A stretch of DNA of 11,278 nucleotides, taken from Octopus sinensis. Lineage: Eukaryota. The notes under the pieces are model-generated. The model had not been told where the DNA came from and did no database searches. It saw only the letters and a list, made by a program, of their open reading frames with translations. The position numbers were made by a program, and so were the translations under genes. The stretch spans positions 1 through 11,278 of the forward strand of contig NW_021827066.1 of assembly GCF_006345805.1 (NCBI RefSeq), read 5' to 3'. How positions within the stretch are numbered: position 1 is the stretch's first letter; every line of letters starts with the position of its first letter. Below are positions 8,078 to 11,278 of this stretch, piece after piece.

Positions 8078-8246
8078 AAGTAGCTTGCTTACCAACCACA
8101 TAGTTGCAGGTTCAGTCCCACTGCGTGGCGCCTTGGGCAAGTGTCTTCTATTATAGCCTCGGGCAGACCAAAGACTTGTGAGTGGATTTGGTAGACGGAA
8201 ACTGAAAGAAGCCCGTCGTAAATATATATATATATGTATATATATA

Positions 8247-8331
<85 letters not shown>

Positions 8332-8542
8332 AGCGTGTGTATGTGTTTGTGTGTGTGCCCCCCAATATCGCTTGACAACCGATGCTGGTGTGTTTACGTC
8401 CCCGTAACTTAGTGGTTCGGCAAATGAGACAAATAGGATATGTACTAGGCTTACAACGAATAGGTCCTGGGGTCGATTTGCTCGACTAAAAGCGGTGTTC
8501 CAGCATGATCACAGTCACATGACTGAAACAAGTAAAAGAGTA
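8078..8542 (+). mobile_element. tRNA-derived SINE (octopus-type) with internal (TA)n/(TG)n microsatellite; A box missing
   Basis: B-box-like GGTTCAGTCCC at 8109-8119, body shared with 7033-7132 and 5345-5692, internal TA run at about 8222-8330, and a 3' end reading GACTGAAACAAGTAAAAGAGTA. The family assignment is from memory. Confidence 0.88.
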
Positions 8543-9669
8543 TATGTATATATATGTATATATAATGATTAATGGACATAGCTACGAATATTTGATGAGC
8601 ATTGTCTATAGGAATAAACCAACCGATTATTTCTGTGTTGTAGAAGGAGTTTGTTTATTTAGTTTAAAGCACTCTGTAGAAACTCGAGGTGGGACAAATC
8701 CGGAAATATTGGAATATGCCATTTTAAGAAATTACATTATTAAGTTTATTGGAAAATGTAAAAGTAGATGGCGCTGCTAACTTCCCTATGATACGTTGTT
8801 CTGTTCTTAATGGTCGCTGAAGTGAGTTAATTATTAAAAAAAAAAAAACGACCATTTAATTGAAGAAAGAAATGCTTCGTATTGCGTGGTCCCATTCTAC
8901 TTTACCAAATTTAATTTCGTCAGCTCAACGTTCCTTTTCAACATTCTGCCATCGACAAAGCCGTATCCCTGTTAGTTGGAGTGTAGACAATCGACAATTT
9001 TCGTCTTTGAAATATATGTGGTCTTGTACGAATGCAAGACACGCACTGGTAATAGTTATATACTGCTCCGGAAGCAGCATATCGTCTCCTTACAATAAAT
9101 AGATGGTACAACACGCGTACATTTAACAAAAACGCTTAAATAATTTTACAGCCACTTGTCAATTCCAATATCGTAGCACCAAATCTTCTCAATAAACGAC
9201 TGTTTTCCTTCCATGTTTTCTATTTATAGTTGATTTTTTCTCTTGTTACTGTTACAAGTATAATTGCAAAAGTGGCGGCTTGTGATTGCAACAGCGTATG
9301 GAGCAACGGTTCTTTGGAAAGGCTCTGTTAATCCGAAGATTTGAAATTTTCTCTGCAAAGTGCGAACCTTCTATCTATAAGACATTGATATTTTACAATC
9401 GTGATGGGAGAAGTTATAATAAAGTATGGAGATACACTGCAACTATCTAGGAAATCATTTATTTTTTTTTATATACCTAGATCTAGAGAGGTAGTGAACC
9501 TTTTCTTTCTTATGTTTCTGAATGTTGAATAAGGAATTGGTTGATGAGTTTCAACAAGATCTTCATGACATCGTTTTGTAGAGGACAAAGAGTTACTGGT
9601 TTTTATGAGATACTCGTAAGTGGTGCAGTACCTACGACCCCCACCCCGCATGACTTACTTTACTGGTTA

Positions 9670-9935
9670 TGACAATGAGGTTGATGAATGTCAATGTGGG
9701 TAGAAAATGCTGGCAGAGAAAGAATTCCAGTGAGTTGAAATTCTAAAGGGAAAGCTTGGTGAAAAAATACTTTGTACAAGGCATGGGGGGATATAAATAT
9801 AGAAGTTGTGTAAAAAGGAAACAAAAACTGCATGGATGAGATTTGTCCACAATTATAGTAAGATCAGGGGACTCTACTCTGTTGTAACTGTGACAGGAAT
9901 CGATAAAGAGGATGTGTAGTATATTAGTCGACAAT
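9670..9935 (-). mobile_element. Old LINE 3' ORF2 fossil similar in type to 1641-2090
   Basis: Minus-strand frames give CHSYNRVESPDLTIIV..SHP and IPPC...SFPFRISTHWNSFSASIF. These resemble YY.G.CS.EL...SHP and IPRC...SFFPRT..LWNSLP...F, in the correct order. Confidence 0.5.
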
Positions 9936-10256
9936 TGTTGATTAGCCTTAATTGAATACTTATCTAAAGCAAACGACCATTACAGTTAGTTTAGAATGTT
10001 TTAGTAGAAGTTGCTCTCTCACTTATATGACTTATTATGATTTGTAAAATGTCAATAACTGTACGAAGATAAAATATTGTCTGTCTGAAGAAGTAAGCCA
10101 TCTATTTGAATTGTTCTGGCTTGTTTTATAGATGTGTGGACTAAACGAAAGAGAAGAATAATGGTAGATGAGGAATAACATTTATAGATTGTAAGAAGAA
10201 CGTTTTAACCTTGTATTGTTTCCAGTTTCTAGAATGTTATTCTACGAGAGTGACAT

Positions 10257-10257
<1 letters not shown>

Positions 10258-10354
<97 letters not shown>

Positions 10355-10384
10355 AGTGTGTGTATATATATTTATATATGTATG

Positions 10385-10450
<66 letters not shown>
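10258..10450. repeat. (TA)n-(TG)n-(TA)n compound microsatellite
   Basis: Long TA runs with a short central TG block. Confidence 0.96.
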
Positions 10451-10451
<1 letters not shown>

Positions 10452-10834
10452 CCTATGAAAGCAGCTGATATCATGTCACTTGTTTGTCCTGTTACCAATC
10501 AATGCAGAACGTCTGAAAAATCTCATTGTATAGAAATCATGCATCTCTGACTGGAAGAGATGAGACCGCACATGGATAAAATATATACAGATATGGTTAA
10601 GGAGAAGTGTGCGGTGGTGGTATATACATCGGCGAATGCATTTACCGGTTACAAGAAACATTATTCATAGAAAAAAGTGTGGGAATTATTACTAAACTGT
10701 CCATAGTTACTGCAAAGATGCAATTTTCTAGGCAAGGAGATGCAAAATAGCTGGCATTTCATATACGATATTTTAAAAGGTTGCTGATAGGCAAAGAAAG
10801 TAAAGATATCCAGTGGATCTGCAAGTCATTAGTG

Positions 10835-11042
10835 TATAAGGAGAGAGTTCACGAAAACAAAAAAACAAAAGCAAAGGACGCAGACAGGTGGTGTACAAAA
10901 CAAACAGATGTATTATTATAACGCTTAGGAATTGAAAAAGTCTTTTATGTTTCGAGCCTACGGTCTTCTACAGAAAGGGACACAGAAAAAAAACAAGGAG
11001 AGAAACAAGGAGAGAAAAGAATGTGTGTAGTGGCTACCGATA
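10835..11042 (-). mobile_element. Probable Penelope-like terminal-repeat remnant carrying a hammerhead-like motif
   Basis: Contains the hammerhead-topology motif at 10940-10981 and a 12-bp tandem duplication AAACAAGGAGAG (10991-11014). It resembles a dispersed octopus repeat I recall from memory. Boundaries are uncertain. Confidence 0.4.
10940..10981 (-). ncRNA. Degenerate minimal type I hammerhead-ribozyme-like motif
   Basis: The minus strand reads GUCC-CUUU-CUGUAGA-A-GACC-GUAG-GCUC-GAAA-CAU-A-AAAG-AC. Stem I is CUUU/AAAG, stem II is GACC/GCUC with one mismatch, the core GAAA is intact, and the NUH site is AUA. Confidence 0.55.
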
Positions 11043-11278
11043 AGGATGGAGAAGTGAAGTAGCAAGGCGTGGGATCATATAGGAATGATGGCTTGATGGC
11101 TAAAATAATTTTGCGCTTAATATGCTATCAATGTCACAGGAAAAGACAATTAATTTATAATTTATACAGTGTGATGAACACTGGGCGGAATATTAAGCAA
11201 TCTTCTCAGCGTATAATTAATTTTTCATTGTCGACAATGTACGTCTACTTAATAAATTAACCACCATTACAACAATTA

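Noticed and set aside
7384-8374. 15-nt inverted match CAAGCGATATTGGGG (7384-7398) versus CCCCAATATCGCTTG (8360-8374)
   Set aside because: The similarity does not extend on either side and the second site is ordinary SINE body; chance cannot be excluded.

Overview
AT-rich eukaryotic non-coding DNA (intergenic or intronic) with no credible host protein-coding gene. Most ORFs in the track are artefacts of microsatellites or tandem repeats. I recognise the tRNA-derived SINE with an internal microsatellite from memory as an octopus-type family, so the source is probably a coleoid cephalopod (inference, not a database result). Contents: many simple repeats; one young 5'-truncated CR1-type LINE (2675-3455, minus strand) with an uninterrupted C-terminal ORF2 segment, a 3' hairpin and a (CTAA)n tail; two old LINE 3'-end fossils; one possible old RTE-like RT fossil; three SINE copies; and two degenerate type I hammerhead-ribozyme-like motifs of the Penelope-like kind. 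The least explained segment is about 7150-7990. There, a GC-rich hairpin-dense module abuts a five-unit 93-bp minisatellite that has a 186-bp higher-order structure and a B-box/T-arm-like motif in every unit. The whole block lies between two oppositely oriented SINEs.
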